Origin: the human T2T-CHM13v2.0 reference genome, Homo sapiens
Assembly (NCBI GenBank): GCA_009914755.4
Contig: CP086569.2
Span: 22,336,001 to 22,400,000 of the forward strand
Length of the DNA stretch: 64,000 bases
Direction of reading: 5' to 3'
Part shown: one piece after another, positions 39,747 through 50,760 of the stretch
Layout: each line of letters begins with the position of its first letter
How positions within the stretch are numbered: the first letter of the stretch is position 1
Notes under the pieces: model-generated
Seen by the model: the letters and a program-made list of their open reading frames with translations, nothing else
Database searches by the model: none
What the model was told of the DNA's origin: nothing
Position numbers and translations under genes: made by a program

Positions 39747-39857
39747 AAATCATCCAAGTTCCCGAGAAACTAGGGATTATGCTCCACCATCTAGAGGCTA
39801 GGCATACTGAGACTATGGTCATTCTAGGCAGGATGAACATTCCTCTAGAGGATATAG
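39747..39857 (+). other. Degenerate SRGY pseudo-exon (fifth repeat unit); not spliceable
   Basis: Same 111-nt length as the real SRGY exons, but the acceptor AG is AC ('acacac|aaatc'), there are in-frame TAG and TGA codons ('..[22 protein letters not shown]'), and the donor GT is AT ('atag|atactg'). The lesions are identical in unit 2. Confidence 0.8.
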
Positions 39858-40234
39858 ATACTGTAACTTTTTCTGGATTTATCAAATAGATTTCTTAAAT
39901 TGTTCATTCCAACTAACATTGTATCAGGGCTCCAATTTATCTACATCCTCTCAAACACTTGTTATTTCCTGCTTTTGAAAATTTTTTGCCCTTCCAGTGT
40001 GTGTGTGTGAAGTGTGGATGCTCCTTTTTTATTTGAAATGCATTTCCTGAATCACTGATTATGAGTATCTGTTTCATGTGCTTTTTGGGCATTTGGGCAT
40101 TTTGGGCATTTGGGCTCTGTGGGCATTTTATTTAGATGTTTGGCAATTTAATTGTGTTTAAGTTGTAATGTAGTTATGTTTTGGATACTAGAAGGTGACA
40201 ATTTAAAATTCCTTGCTTCAACTCGTGCACGCAG

Positions 40235-40345
40235 AAATCATCCAAGTTCCCGAGAAACCAGGGATTATGCTCCACCACATAGAGACTATGCATACCGTGA
40301 TTATGGTCATTCTAGTTGGGATGAACATTCCTCTAGAGGATATAG
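40235..40345 (+). CDS. RBMY1: RBMY1 copy 1, SRGY-box exon 4
   Basis: '[36 protein letters not shown](S)'. Acceptor 'acgcag' at 40229-40234. Donor gtacta at 40346. Confidence 0.88.
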
Positions 40346-40431
40346 GTACTAACATGTTATCTGGATTTATCAAATGGATTTCTTAAATTGTTCATTCTGA
40401 AATTGAAAAGACTTTTTTTTTTTCAATTTAG

Positions 40432-40520
40432 TTATCATGATGGCTACGGTGAGGCCCTTGGTAGAGATCATTCTGAACATCTAAGTGGAAGTTCTTATAG
40501 AGATGCACTTCAGAGATACG
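40432..40520 (+). CDS. RBMY1: RBMY1 copy 1, exon 11
   Basis: After a poly-T tract and the acceptor 'tttag' at 40427-40431: '(S)[29 protein letters not shown](G)'. Donor gtaagg at 40521. Confidence 0.85.
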
Positions 40521-40931
40521 GTAAGGGTCCAGGATGGATTTGTAAATTACAGAATTTTATTTAATAGACCAGATTGTTATTTTAATGAAATTCTAAGGAA
40601 AATTGTAAAGGCCATATGCAACATGTTTAAATATTGAGTATTCTTAACAGTATAAAGCCTAGGGAATGATATGAAGGTGAGAACTTCAGTTAACGTTAAG
40701 AAAATGTGACTGAGCATTTACTTTAGAATTAAGTTTGTTAAGCTGCAAAATACTACTCTTACACTTCTCTTAAATAAAACCTTCTGACTATTAAAGCCTT
40801 GATTAATATCCTGTCAACAAAGGCGGAGGAAAGCAGATATTTCCAAATAGTACTTTAACTAATTCATGCTTTAATGATAGCAGTAAAAATGTTTAAATGT
40901 AGTCCCACATATTATTTTACCAACCCTGCAG

Positions 40932-41230
40932 GGACCTCTCATGGTGCACCACCTGCAAGAGGGCCTCGGATGTCTTATGGTGGAAGCACCTGCCACGCAT
41001 ATAGTAATACACGAGATAGATATGGCAGAAGTTGGGAGAGTTACTCGAGCTGTGGTGATTTTCATTATTGTGATCGTGAGCATGTTTGCAGAAAAGACCA
41101 AAGGAATCCGCCTTCTCTGGGTAGGGTGCTCCCTGATCCTCGTGAAGCATATGGTAGCTCAAGTTATGTGGCATCTATAGTAGATGGTGGGGAGAGTCGA
41201 TCTGAAAAAGGAGACTCGAGCAGATATTAA
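40932..41230 (+). CDS. RBMY1: RBMY1 copy 1, terminal coding exon (stop TAA at 41228-41230; 3'UTR continues to ~41510)
   Basis: Acceptor 'ccctgcag' at 40924-40931. '[98 protein letters not shown]'. Confidence 0.88.
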
Positions 41231-41484
41231 AGCAAGCATTGAAAGTAATAGTTATTGCATACCAATCCTTGTTTGCAAATCAAAAATTGAAATGTTATTT
41301 CTGCATTGTTACCTGCATATTACTGAAAGAAACATGTTGGTTTTGTGGAGAGAGGTAGATACTAACTTCCTCCATGAATTTTTTGAGGTATTCAAAGGAA
41401 AAGGAATTGTTTTCAAAGTAATTTCATACTTGTTGATGCTATTTGAAAAGTGTTTAGATGTAATATCTACCTTAAAATTTTCAC

Positions 41485-41490
41485 AATAAA
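41485..41490 (+). terminator. AATAAA polyadenylation signal of RBMY1 copy 1
   Basis: 'tttcacaataaaatttgacatg', ~255 nt after the stop codon. Confidence 0.5.
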
Positions 41491-42104
41491 ATTTGACATG
41501 TACTGCAAGATGCCTGGTGTTATTGGTTAGCCGCGCATGCTTAAAGCAAATTCAATAGGAGAGTAAATTGTGTAGTCTGTTGTACATTTTCCTTTGTTTC
41601 TTTGAACATAGGTACAAAATTAGGGATGTGTTATGTCGCCCTTGCAAGCTGCTCAAGTTTTGTAATTAGGCTGTTTCTCTTTAAAAACTAACAAGGTTAA
41701 AATGTTGGAGAAGTCTTCAGAAAGACTACAAAACTGTCTGCCTCACCATAAAACGTTTATTTTTTAGAGGAATAGTACAGGTCAAAGGAAATCATTAGAT
41801 GTATTGATACTAAAGTTTAAGACATCCGGAACATTCTATGTGAAGCATTCTGTGACTGAAGAGGATAACGGTAATGAAAACTTTTTTTTTCACCTAAATC
41901 AGAAGTGAACCAGCTAAGTTTCTCAGGTGCGTAGCATAATGAATTTAAATGTTCGTAGTTTAAATAGTGGAAAGTAAGTGTTTTGTCTTGTGAGGTTCCC
42001 ACGTTAATTTTTTCTTGAATATTTTGACAGTGGATGTTGTAAGTAATGGTTTAGTAATATGTTCTTACAGATAGGAATAATCTAGAGTGGTTGGGATAGT
42101 ATCA

Positions 42105-42390
42105 GTTTTTTTTTGAGGTGAAGTGTATAGCTTTGTCGCCGAAGCTGGGGTGCAGTGGCTCTGTCTTGGCTTATGGCAACCGCTGCCTTCTGGATCCAAG
42201 CTATTCTCCTGCCTCAGCATCCTGAGTAACTGGTATTAGATATGTGTGCCGCACAGCGGGGCCAATTTTTGTATTTTTAGTGCAGACAGCGTTTCACCTT
42301 GTTTGCCAGGCTGTTCTTAAAATCCTGATCCACCCTCCTCAGACTCCCGAAGTGCTAAGATTATAGGCGTGTGCCACCACTGTCAGCCTA
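42105..42390 (-). mobile_element. Alu SINE
   Basis: 'ttttttttgaggtgaagtgtatagctttgtcgccgaagctggggtgcagtggc...cccgaagtgctaagattataggcgtgtgccaccac'. Confidence 0.8.
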
Positions 42391-42854
42391 TCGTATTTAA
42401 TTGATAATATGAATGGAAACGCTTTAAACCTCATACTTAGGGGAAAGTGAAGTGTATAAAACATAAACAACAGCATAAAGTTTCCGACGGGATTGCTTAA
42501 AGTTTTAAGACATCACTGAATGATACAAATATTTAGACCGAAATAACTAAATGAATTAATTTTCCTGATTATACAAACTAAAGAAATGAAATACATCAAG
42601 TTCCAGAAGTTTTGCAGTCCATAATTCTTACAATTGACAGACTAATCTGCAAGGAGGAAGTATTTTCTTGAAAAATTTTGACAGAATCATCAATTTTTAC
42701 AGGGTAAGGGTACAAATAATTTTAAAGGGAGAAGTTACCAACTTTGATTTTCAAGTGAGTTATTCATGTTATGGAGTGTTTTCATTCACCTGTAGCATTG
42801 TGAGGATGAAGTGAAAAGATAAATCTCCCGAGTCTTGTGTATCTTACTGTCCAT

Positions 42855-43135
42855 GTGTGATGGCTCAGGTCTCTAATTCTAACACTTGGGGAGGCCGAGG
42901 CTTGCAGAGCACTTTAGGACAGGAGTTGAAGACCAGGCTGGCCAACACCATGAAACCCCATCTCTACCAAAAATACAAAAATTAGCCGGGCATGGTGGTG
43001 CCTGCCTGTAGTACGTTGCAGTTAATTGGGAGGCTCAGGCAGGACAGTGGTTTGAACCTGGGAGCCTGATGCTGCGGTGAGCCGATATTGCACCATGCAC
43101 TCTAGCCTGGGTGACAGAGTGCGACTCCAACACAA
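42855..43135 (+). mobile_element. Alu SINE
   Basis: 'gctcaggtctctaattctaacacttggggaggccgagg...agccgatattgcaccatgcactctagcctgggtgacagagtgcgactcc'. Confidence 0.8.
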
Positions 43136-43206
43136 AAATAATTATATCAATCAACAAATATATACATAATAAATAGGGTATCCTTCAGTTCAAGCACTTA
43201 CCGATT

Positions 43207-43515
43207 CTTTTTTCTTTTTTAGAGACAAGGTCTCACACTGTTGTCCAGCCTAGACTGCAGTGGCACCATCATAGCTCACTGCAGCCTTGAACACGGGCTT
43301 GAAATGTGCAAGCCTTCCATTTCAGCCTCCCAAGTAGCTGGAATTACAGACACACACCAACCACCGTGCCCAGCTTTTGTGTTTGTGTGTGTGTGGTAGG
43401 GACAATGCTTTGGATATATTGTTCAGGCTGGTCTCAAACTCCCAGACCGAAATAATCCTCCTTCCCTGGCTTCCCAAAGTGTTGTGATTATAGCCGTGAG
43501 CCACTGAGTCTGGCA
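43207..43515 (-). mobile_element. Alu SINE (followed by a ~45-bp tandem duplication at 43515-43600)
   Basis: 'ttttttctttttagagacaaggtctcacactgttgtccagcctagactgcagtggcacc...ttcccaaagtgttgtgattatagccgtgagccactg'. Confidence 0.8.
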
Positions 43516-43884
43516 TATCTTTTCTCATTATGAGCGACATTCCACCTCACTGAGTCTGGCGTATCTTTTCTTGGTATCAGCGACATTCCACCTTCGCTCT
43601 ATTAATTATTTTGAGATGTACAATAAATCATTATTAAGTGTAGTCATCCTGTGCCACTGAACACTAGATATTATTCCTTCTAAGCAAGTATAATTTAACC
43701 CACCCCCATCCCCTCTTTGATCCCTCGCTTACCAGTTCACATTACTTGTATCAAAATATCACATGTATGCCAAAAGTATCTACAACTGTTAGGTACAAAT
43801 TTTCATTCCCTTCCTCCTTCCCTCCCTTCCTTTCTTCCTTCCTGTCTTTCTTTCTTTTTGTCTCTGTATCTTTTTCTCTCACTG

Positions 43885-44180
43885 ATTTTTTTTTTTTTAA
43901 GAAAGAATCCTGCCCTGTCACCTAGGCTGGAGTGCAGTGGCGTGATCTCAGCTCACTGCTCCCTCCTTATCACGGGTTCAAGCAATTGTCCAGTCACACC
44001 CTCCTAAGCAGCTGCGACTGCAATCATATGACACCAATCCTGGCAAATATTTTGTATTTTCAGTAGAGACCAGGTTTCACAATATTTGCTCAGGCTGGTC
44101 TTGAGTTCCTTTCCTTTAGTGATCCACCCACATCAGCCTCTCAAAATGCTGGGATCCAGGCATGAGCCACACTGCCCACC
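43885..44180 (-). mobile_element. Alu SINE, preceded by a TTCC/CT-rich tract (43790-43885)
   Basis: 'tttttttttttaagaaagaatcctgccctgtcacctaggctggagtgcagtggcgtgatctcagctcactgc...ctcaaaatgctgggatccaggcatgagccac'. Confidence 0.8.
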
Positions 44181-44208
44181 CAGTTGTATGCATTTCTCTC
44201 TCCCGTGA

Positions 44209-44420
<212 letters not shown>

Positions 44421-45484
44421 TCTTGTCATGTCTAATTTCGTATCTGTTTTAAAGCTCGATTGATAAGCAATATTGACTTCCTGGAATGTTTTATGTTTAC
44501 AAAACAATTATAGTACTACTATTTAGCCTCCTCAGATAAAATATGGTAACACACAAAACATACACACACAGACAAAGACACAGTCAGTGATCAAAAAAAA
44601 TCAGTGTAGGCCACGACCTAAATGAAAGGTGAGCTGCTGCAGTTGCCTAGAATTAAAGCAGACCAGAGTTGACCCATACCAGGCTGAGAGATGTGAACAG
44701 AGGCTTTCCAACAACTCTATCAGATACATGTTAGATTATTCTCCAGCCATAGCGAAGGGACATTAAAGATCTGTTGTGCTTAGAAGAGTCTCGATGATTT
44801 GACTTTTCCAGGGTATTAGCATTCATGATGTTGGCCTTTACAGCTCTCTGCAATGAAGTCAGTAGACGACACAGTTTTTCTAGGAGTCTAAAGTGCTTTT
44901 CAGAATTATCTAAAACTTAGTGGCTTAAAACCATAATTATAATTTACTAACTGTCAGTCTCTGCAATCGCCCTCAGTCTCTCAGCCAAATGAATGTGGTT
45001 CAGGGGCGCTCAGGAGGATGCAATCTAGTGATGGCCAAAGATGGGGACATTGGCGGGTGTCTTCTCATCTCCCTGGTGCCATGGCTAGCGTGACTCAAAT
45101 AGCAGGGGCTGGACTGCTGAGATGCTCAGACATCTTGTTCTGTTTCTTTGAGTCTCTCCATTGGATGTCCCTTCTGCATAGTGTTATCAGGGTGTTAGAC
45201 TGCGTGATGTACTGGTCGGGGGCTCCTAAGGGGTTTGTCCCCATGAGAGCAGGAGACCTAGGCAGAGCCGTGTCACCGTCTCTAAACTAGGCCAGAGGTG
45301 GTCCAGTATCCAGAAACTGCTTGCAGTGTTTTCTATACATTAGAAGCAAGTACTGTGTTCAGTTCCATCAGGAATATTTTCAAATGGGTTTGAGAAGAAT
45401 TTCAAAGTGTGTTTCAGACCACTACAGTGGCCATGCCTAATAATTCCTTATTTTTACAAGTGCTGGATGGGTTTTTCCCAAAAT

Positions 45485-45790
45485 AATGCTTTCTTGGGGG
45501 GTGTGGGGTGGTGGAGACAAAGCTTTGGTCTTGTGACCCAGGCTGTAGTGCAGTGGCGTGATCTTGGCTCACTGCAACCACCGCCTCTTGGGTTCAACCG
45601 ATTCTCCTGCCTCAGCCTCCCAAATAGCTAGGATTACAGGAACCTGCCACCATGCCCAGCTAATTTTCGAATATTTAGTAGAGGTGGGGTTTCACCATGT
45701 TGACCCCGCTGGTCTTGAACTTCTGACGTCTGGTAATCCACCAGCCTTGGCCTCCGAAAGTGTGGGGATTGCAGGCGTGAAACACCCCGT
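45485..45790 (-). mobile_element. Alu SINE immediately 5' of the paralogous block; near-identical to the Alu at 31709-32010
   Basis: See the Alu at 31709. Ends '...ggggattgcaggcgtgaaacaccccgtccggcc'. Confidence 0.85.
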
Positions 45791-46092
45791 CCGGCCTTCA
45801 AATTATATTTTCATACCCACTCACTTCCACAATTTTTTGGACCTATCTGCGTGTTCTCCTCGGAGGCGGGGGGACGGAAACAGTATCAGCGTTCTTGAAA
45901 AATTTATGAAAGAGAGAATGACAATACTATACTAGGTTTAACCTATTCACAATACTGTATTTACTGAATAAAAACATTGCGTTTAAAATTCTACTATTGA
46001 CTAAATAAATAAAATACACTCTTCCATTCACTCTAAAATGTGTGTACATGAAGAGTATACAAGAAGGGTTCTAATACAGAAACAAATAAATG

Positions 46093-46375
46093 AGGCTGGG
46101 CATGGTGGCTCACGCTGTAAGCCTGGCAGTTTGGCAGGCAAAAGTGGGTGGATCAGTTGAGGTGAGGAGTCGGAGACCAGCCTGGCAAATATGGTGAAAC
46201 CCAGTCTTGACTAAAAATACAAAAATTAGCTGCACATGGTGGCATGCACCAGTAATCCCAACTCCTCAGAAGGCCGAGGCAGGGGAATTGCTTGAAGCTG
46301 GGAGGCGGAGGTTGAGGTTGAGCCGAGATCCTGCCACTTCACTCCAGCCTGGGTGACAGAGCAGTACTCCTCAAA
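46093..46375 (+). mobile_element. Alu SINE (orthologous position to the Alu at 2750 in block copy 1)
   Basis: 'ggctgggcatggtggctcacgctgtaagcctggcag...gccgagatcctgccacttcactccagcctgggtgacagagcag'. Confidence 0.8.
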
Positions 46376-47699
46376 ACACACACAGACACCCCAAAACAAC
46401 TAAAAAATGAAAATAAAAATTTTGTACTCACAGTTCAACTCGCATATCTAACGGAAAACAGAAAGTACATTAAAACAAAGTTTCCACAAAAGGCAAATAA
46501 AACAAATGAATCACCTTGCACATAAAATTAAAATAATAAACTGAAGAGAACTATACGGAAAAAAATTCAAAATTTACAAGTAAGTACTCTACAAGAAGCT
46601 GAAAGTCACTCAAAACTTTTCTGGATTCCATGTCTCTACAGTGCAAACATGATCATAAAATTTGCTGGGGGCAGAACCATCAAAATGTATCTTACAACTC
46701 AATAAACACTTCAAGTCTCACATAAGAATTGTAATGGAAAAGGGACGCGTCTGCAGTATTTCTACACAAATCTGAACAAACACTATTTCTTTGTACACAT
46801 TGTTTCACTGTTCCAAGAAAATAACTTCCATATTAATATTAGGGGATGTGACAAAGCAGGTCTTCATCATGATAAGTAACACTGGGTGTCCACACCACTA
46901 CTCAGGTGGGCCTTAATTCCCAGCCAGGTTCCCTCCCTGGACACACAATGAAGGGCTCATCCATTTTGCAATCTCTTCACATTTCCTCCCCTGTGAGCCC
47001 AGTGTGGTTCTCCAGATTCCCTGTGTAGCGGCCTCTCTTGTCTGGTGGGGCAGGGTGGGGCAGGGAAGTGTGGGTGATGATGGCAGAGGGCAGAAAGCAT
47101 CTCAGGGAAGCCTGGGATCATTGTAACAAAAAATGATGGGCGTGGGACAGCCCATCAGGGAAGACATAGAGAGGGGCCTTGGGAGGATATCTGCGTGGAG
47201 GGTGAGAGGGCCCTGGTTGAGCCCAAACTGAGCCCCAAGTGGTAGCCGGCCTCAGGCCTCAGCCGGTGAGGGATGATGAGACAGCTACCACTTGAGCCTT
47301 GCTTCTCACCCACTGACCTTAGACACTTATTCCTCTTAGGCGGCTGAAGGTGCCCCAATCCTAAAATGTGGGTGTTACAGTTCTTTGATGGCCATTTCTC
47401 CGCCAGCCCATGGATGGCGTGGGATTGCTCACTGCAGTCACCTCCCTGAGGCTTGGTTTCTCCATGTGGGGCACAACTCCAGGAATCAACCGCCTCTCAG
47501 TCCCCAGCCCCAGACTGCTCACCTGGCCTCCTCTCTGTTCACTCTCTAATGGCCTCCCTCCCTGGAGAAGTACTGCAGGGGATTGAGCTACAGGCTCTGG
47601 CTGATGATCTAGGGGACTGCAGAAGTGGGTACAGGTTAGTTCAGGTCATGGCTCAAAGCCAGTTCCCCAGAGGCCAAGGAATGACCAGCAAGATCCTTT

Positions 47700-49800
47700 C
47701 CCATGATGCCCTACCTGGCGCTCACCTCAGCAATCCTGCCAGAACCTGGGCAGTCATGGTCAGCCAACCAGCTGAAGAAGGTCAGGTAGGAGCTGTACGG
47801 CCTGCAGCTGGAGGCTTGACCTTCATGATCCCACAACCACTAGACTGCAGTGGAATGAGACATCCCGTATCCTGCAGAGAGAGGAGTCAGGAAGGTTCAT
47901 GCCAGACCTACCCTCCCACACACCAGCTCCCCTACCATGCTGGGAGGCGCTCCTTACCGAGGATGCCAAGGCAGTACTCCTGAATGATCACTTCATTGTG
48001 GAGGTAGAGACTGTGATAAAAGGAAAACTTCATCCTGCTGCCGGTACCCGGAAGAGTTGCTTTCCTCCCCTTACCTGGCCAAGAAGGAGAAAGAGGACGT
48101 ACTCAAAGGAGCATTTCATGTAGCTGGGGTGAGGTGACCTGTTAGCTGGGGTGAAGCATGTGTTTCTCCTTCCCAACTCTCTCATTGAGACACCCCCGGG
48201 TCCCAGGGGTACCTCAACCTGACCCAGACACCAGACCCCTCCCGAAGACTCAGGCTCCTTAGCCCGACCTGCAAATCCATCACGTACGTAGCTTAGCAGG
48301 ACTTCATCATCATTTGTGATCCCGGCCAACATCTCGGTGTGCCGCACAATCTGCCTCTGGTCAAGGAGCCGCCGGATGATTGGGTGGGCGTGCAAGGAAA
48401 CACCCTGCAACTTTGCAAGAGCACGGAGAGTGTGGGGCAGGGCACCTTCCCTTCCAGGTCCTCTGTCTCTGTCTGGCGTGGAGGGCACCATCAGAGCTGT
48501 GGTGGTCTTGGTGGTGGGTGGAGGCAGGCCCAGACAACCTGCTCTGACCAGGGGCTGGCACTGAAGAAGTGGGCAGGGGGTTGGGGGCGGGGTGTTGTTG
48601 TGTGAGGCGACTACTTGCTCGGCGTTTCTGAGCTGCAGGAGGCCCTCCTGTGCTGGGTGCTGGACAGGCTCTGCTGCTGTCTGGGTGTGCCGTCTCTCCT
48701 TCTCCTGGTCTCCCTGAGGGGTGCACGTGTCCACCCCAGGCAACCGCTGTGGGTAGAAGTAGCTACGGGGCTGTGCCTGGCTCTCCCCGTGGAGCTCGAG
48801 TGGTTTCAAGGGAGCTTATATATACTCAGGGCCTAAACATCTTTGGGTGCAGCGCTGGCAGAGGGAAGAAATTGTGTCTGGGGAGATAGTGCCTGCCTTG
48901 CATAGGACAGCAGCCCCGTGCACAGTGACACCGAGTCTTGAGCACCTTGTGTTTCTGGGGTAAGCTTGCTGGACACAGGCAAGGGGAGCAGGGAAGTTCC
49001 GTGGCTGGCATGGGCATGCAGACTCCCCTTCCTCCAGGGACTTTCCCGGTGAATCGTATCCTTCAACTTTCTGCTGTTATGATGGGTCCTTGGCGCTGCT
49101 ATTCTCCCTGGTGAGTGCTGTGCTTGGCTTCCTGTCCCTACCACATGCCCTCAGGGCACATGCAATTAAGCTGCCCTCCTATCCGCATGAGCCTGTTCTC
49201 AGTTCCCCTTGTTGTCCCCCATGCCCTGAATCCTGGCTGACCGCCAGTGCCTACCACCTTGTTTCCCCCCACCTCCGCTCCCGGGAGCTCCGCGCCCATC
49301 CCCTGCTGCCAACCATCCCGAATTGGCAGCTGCAAGGATATGGCTCTGGCCCAGAAGCCGGGGATGCCCTGTGGCCTGGGACATTCACGTAGCCGAGCTC
49401 CAAGTGAAGGACGTCCAGCGAGTCTGTTGCTGGCCGGGGCGTACTGGGGCCAGGGCCAGGCTGTGCCTGCAGGTCCTCCTGCTGTGGCTCCACATTGGCC
49501 TTCCTCCTTGGCCACCACCTCCATCTCTGCAATGATGTCATCCCCCACTAGCATGCCTCTCCCCCCAGGGTTGTCTTCCTGCTCTGTGCACAGACCATCC
49601 TCTCCTGCACAGCCTCCAGCCTTAACATGGTGCCCTCCTTGAGGCTCCAACAGAGCAAAGCCTGTGCCTCCCACCCCACCCCCCCGGCACCCGTCAACTC
49701 TGGGGGCAACTCCAGGAGAGGCCTGCGGGCCTTGCCCTGCTGAGAACCACATCCTACACCTATGTGGAACAGGGTTCCTGGGGGGCCCCACAGGGCCCTT
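47700..49800 (-). pseudogene. TSPY-family (NAP-domain) pseudogene copy A3, antisense, ~1-3 kb upstream of the RBMY1 copy 2 promoter
   Basis: Minus-strand 'QAQPGPGPSTPRPATDSLDVLHLELGYVNVPGHRAS' (49251-49541; TSPY exon-1 tail '[27 protein letters not shown]'). 'IVRHTEMLAGITNDDEVLLSYV' (exon-2-like, within ORF 48030-48809). 'MKFSFYHSLYLHNEVIIQEYCLGILG' plus a gtaagg donor (~47957-48040, exon-3-like). Confidence 0.55.
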
Positions 49801-50439
49801 AGCCTGTCACACTCACACTGGGGCTCAGATACCCAGCAGGGTTAGCTGCGCACGGCAGCCCTGGAGTCGGATGCCAAGGCCCTGGCTTCCAGAGCCCCGC
49901 TAGCAGGCACACGGCCACCACTGCACTTGTGAGAGCCTCTGCACCAGCAAAGCAGTGCACACGGATCACTGCATTGGCGACCATGGCGGTAGGCCTCCCG
50001 TGTGCCCAGGGCACAGGATGAGAAGTCCTTTGGAATGCCCCTGTGAGTACAGCATCCTCAGGGAGGAACCATGGAACTCGGAGTATGTATTTGCCTAGAC
50101 CTGACAGAATCCTTGCAGGGTTTCAGCTTCTGGTGCAGATGAATTCCACCTCAGCAACGTACCAGTCGACTTTAGTCCCACGCACCCGCCCTGCCCCAAT
50201 CCCCCCAAGCCACCGCTGCTGCCCTCGCCCCAGCAGCAGCGCTGGTCCCTCTCTCTCCCCTCTGGATCCGCAATATTCAGTACCATCAGCCTAGCCTGCC
50301 TAATGAAGTGAGATGTTTCATGTGTTCCCTGTGGGTTAGTTAATGTCTTGCCACACTCAGGATGCCAGTTAGGGTGTAGGTCTTCCATGCCCACAATTGC
50401 AAAGGGCTCACAGTTCGCGTGTGCCTTAATCCACCGCGG

Positions 50440-50760
50440 CCCGCCACGTGGCACAAGCGTGGTCTCGGAAGAGTTACCGCGAGATGATGGAGCCGCAGGC
50501 CTGCTGGGGCGGAGCGGCCTCAGGACACGCCCACAGCCTTTGCAGTAACTGGCTGACGCCCACCGCCTTCGCAATGATTGGCCGCTGGAGGTAGGCGGGA
50601 TTTCCGGGCACGGCTTCCGGCGTCCTTCCCTCTCAGGGAAGCTCCAGCTGTCCCTCCCGCAGTTGGCCCTGTGGTGTTCCGAAGCCGGTTACGTACGGCC
50701 TGAGGGCCAGGCGAACCTCAGGCTCTTTGTCCTACTAAAAAGCGCAGGTATTTTCTGTTT
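50440..50760 (+). promoter_or_regulatory. RBMY1: CpG island; putative RBMY1 copy 2 promoter and non-coding first exon (candidate donor at 50747|gt)
   Basis: Dense CpG content ('ccaccgcggcccgccacgtggcacaagcgtggtctcggaag..gccgcaggcc..ggcggagcggcc..cgcccaccgccttcgcaatgattggccgctggaggtaggcggg..ccggcgtcc'). The ATG exon at 52609 begins with an acceptor ('atttacag|cacaATGg'), so an upstream 5' exon must exist. 'aaaagcgcag|gtattttc' is a plausible donor. Confidence 0.4.

Larger units (their letters stand above)
37740..40360 (+). repeat. SRGY tandem exon+intron array. About 5 units of ~545 bp (four functional SRGY exons plus one pseudo-exon); each unit carries an L1 3'-tail fragment.
   Basis: The block repeats with period ~545: 'ggctccaatttatctacatcctctcaaacacttgttatttcctgc...gaaatgcattttctgcacccattaactcatcatgcacatg..cctagaacttaaagtataat.aaaaaaagaaatgc...ttaaacttatgca.acag|aaatc'. 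The internal 'cacatgtatcctagaacttaaagtataatgaaacaaaaag' matches the L1 3' terminus plus A-tail. Confidence 0.85.
32782..41510 (+). pseudogene. RBMY1: RBMY1-family gene copy 1. Only exons 4-12 are present; no promoter or exons 1-3 lie upstream. Probable 5'-truncated pseudogene at the array edge.
   Basis: Exons match RBMY1 protein from '..[26 protein letters not shown]..' to the C-terminus '..[13 protein letters not shown]'. No RBMY exon-1 or exon-2 sequence is found before 32039. Relative to copy 2, exon 4 has A>T (PPASS>PPTSS), R>S (GSRGG>GSSGG), and a donor -1 G>A that converts the split Asp codon to Asn. Confidence 0.65.
45790..50560. repeat. Paralogous ~4.8 kb block, copy 3 (inside the RBMY1 unit, immediately upstream of the RBMY1 promoter); homologous to 2455-7300
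   Basis: Collinear similarity across the whole block, including the shared Alu at 46093-46375 and the TSPY-family exon-like segments. Homology decays around 50470-50560 vs 7250-7300. Confidence 0.75.

Noticed and set aside
47453-48809. 259-aa minus-strand ORF and 176-aa plus-strand ORF
   Set aside because: These are the paralogue of the 5.4-7 kb GC-rich region. The 259-aa ORF contains TSPY-exon-2-like residues but otherwise reads through what are introns in TSPY. I treat it as a chance open frame inside pseudogene A3, not as an intronless gene.
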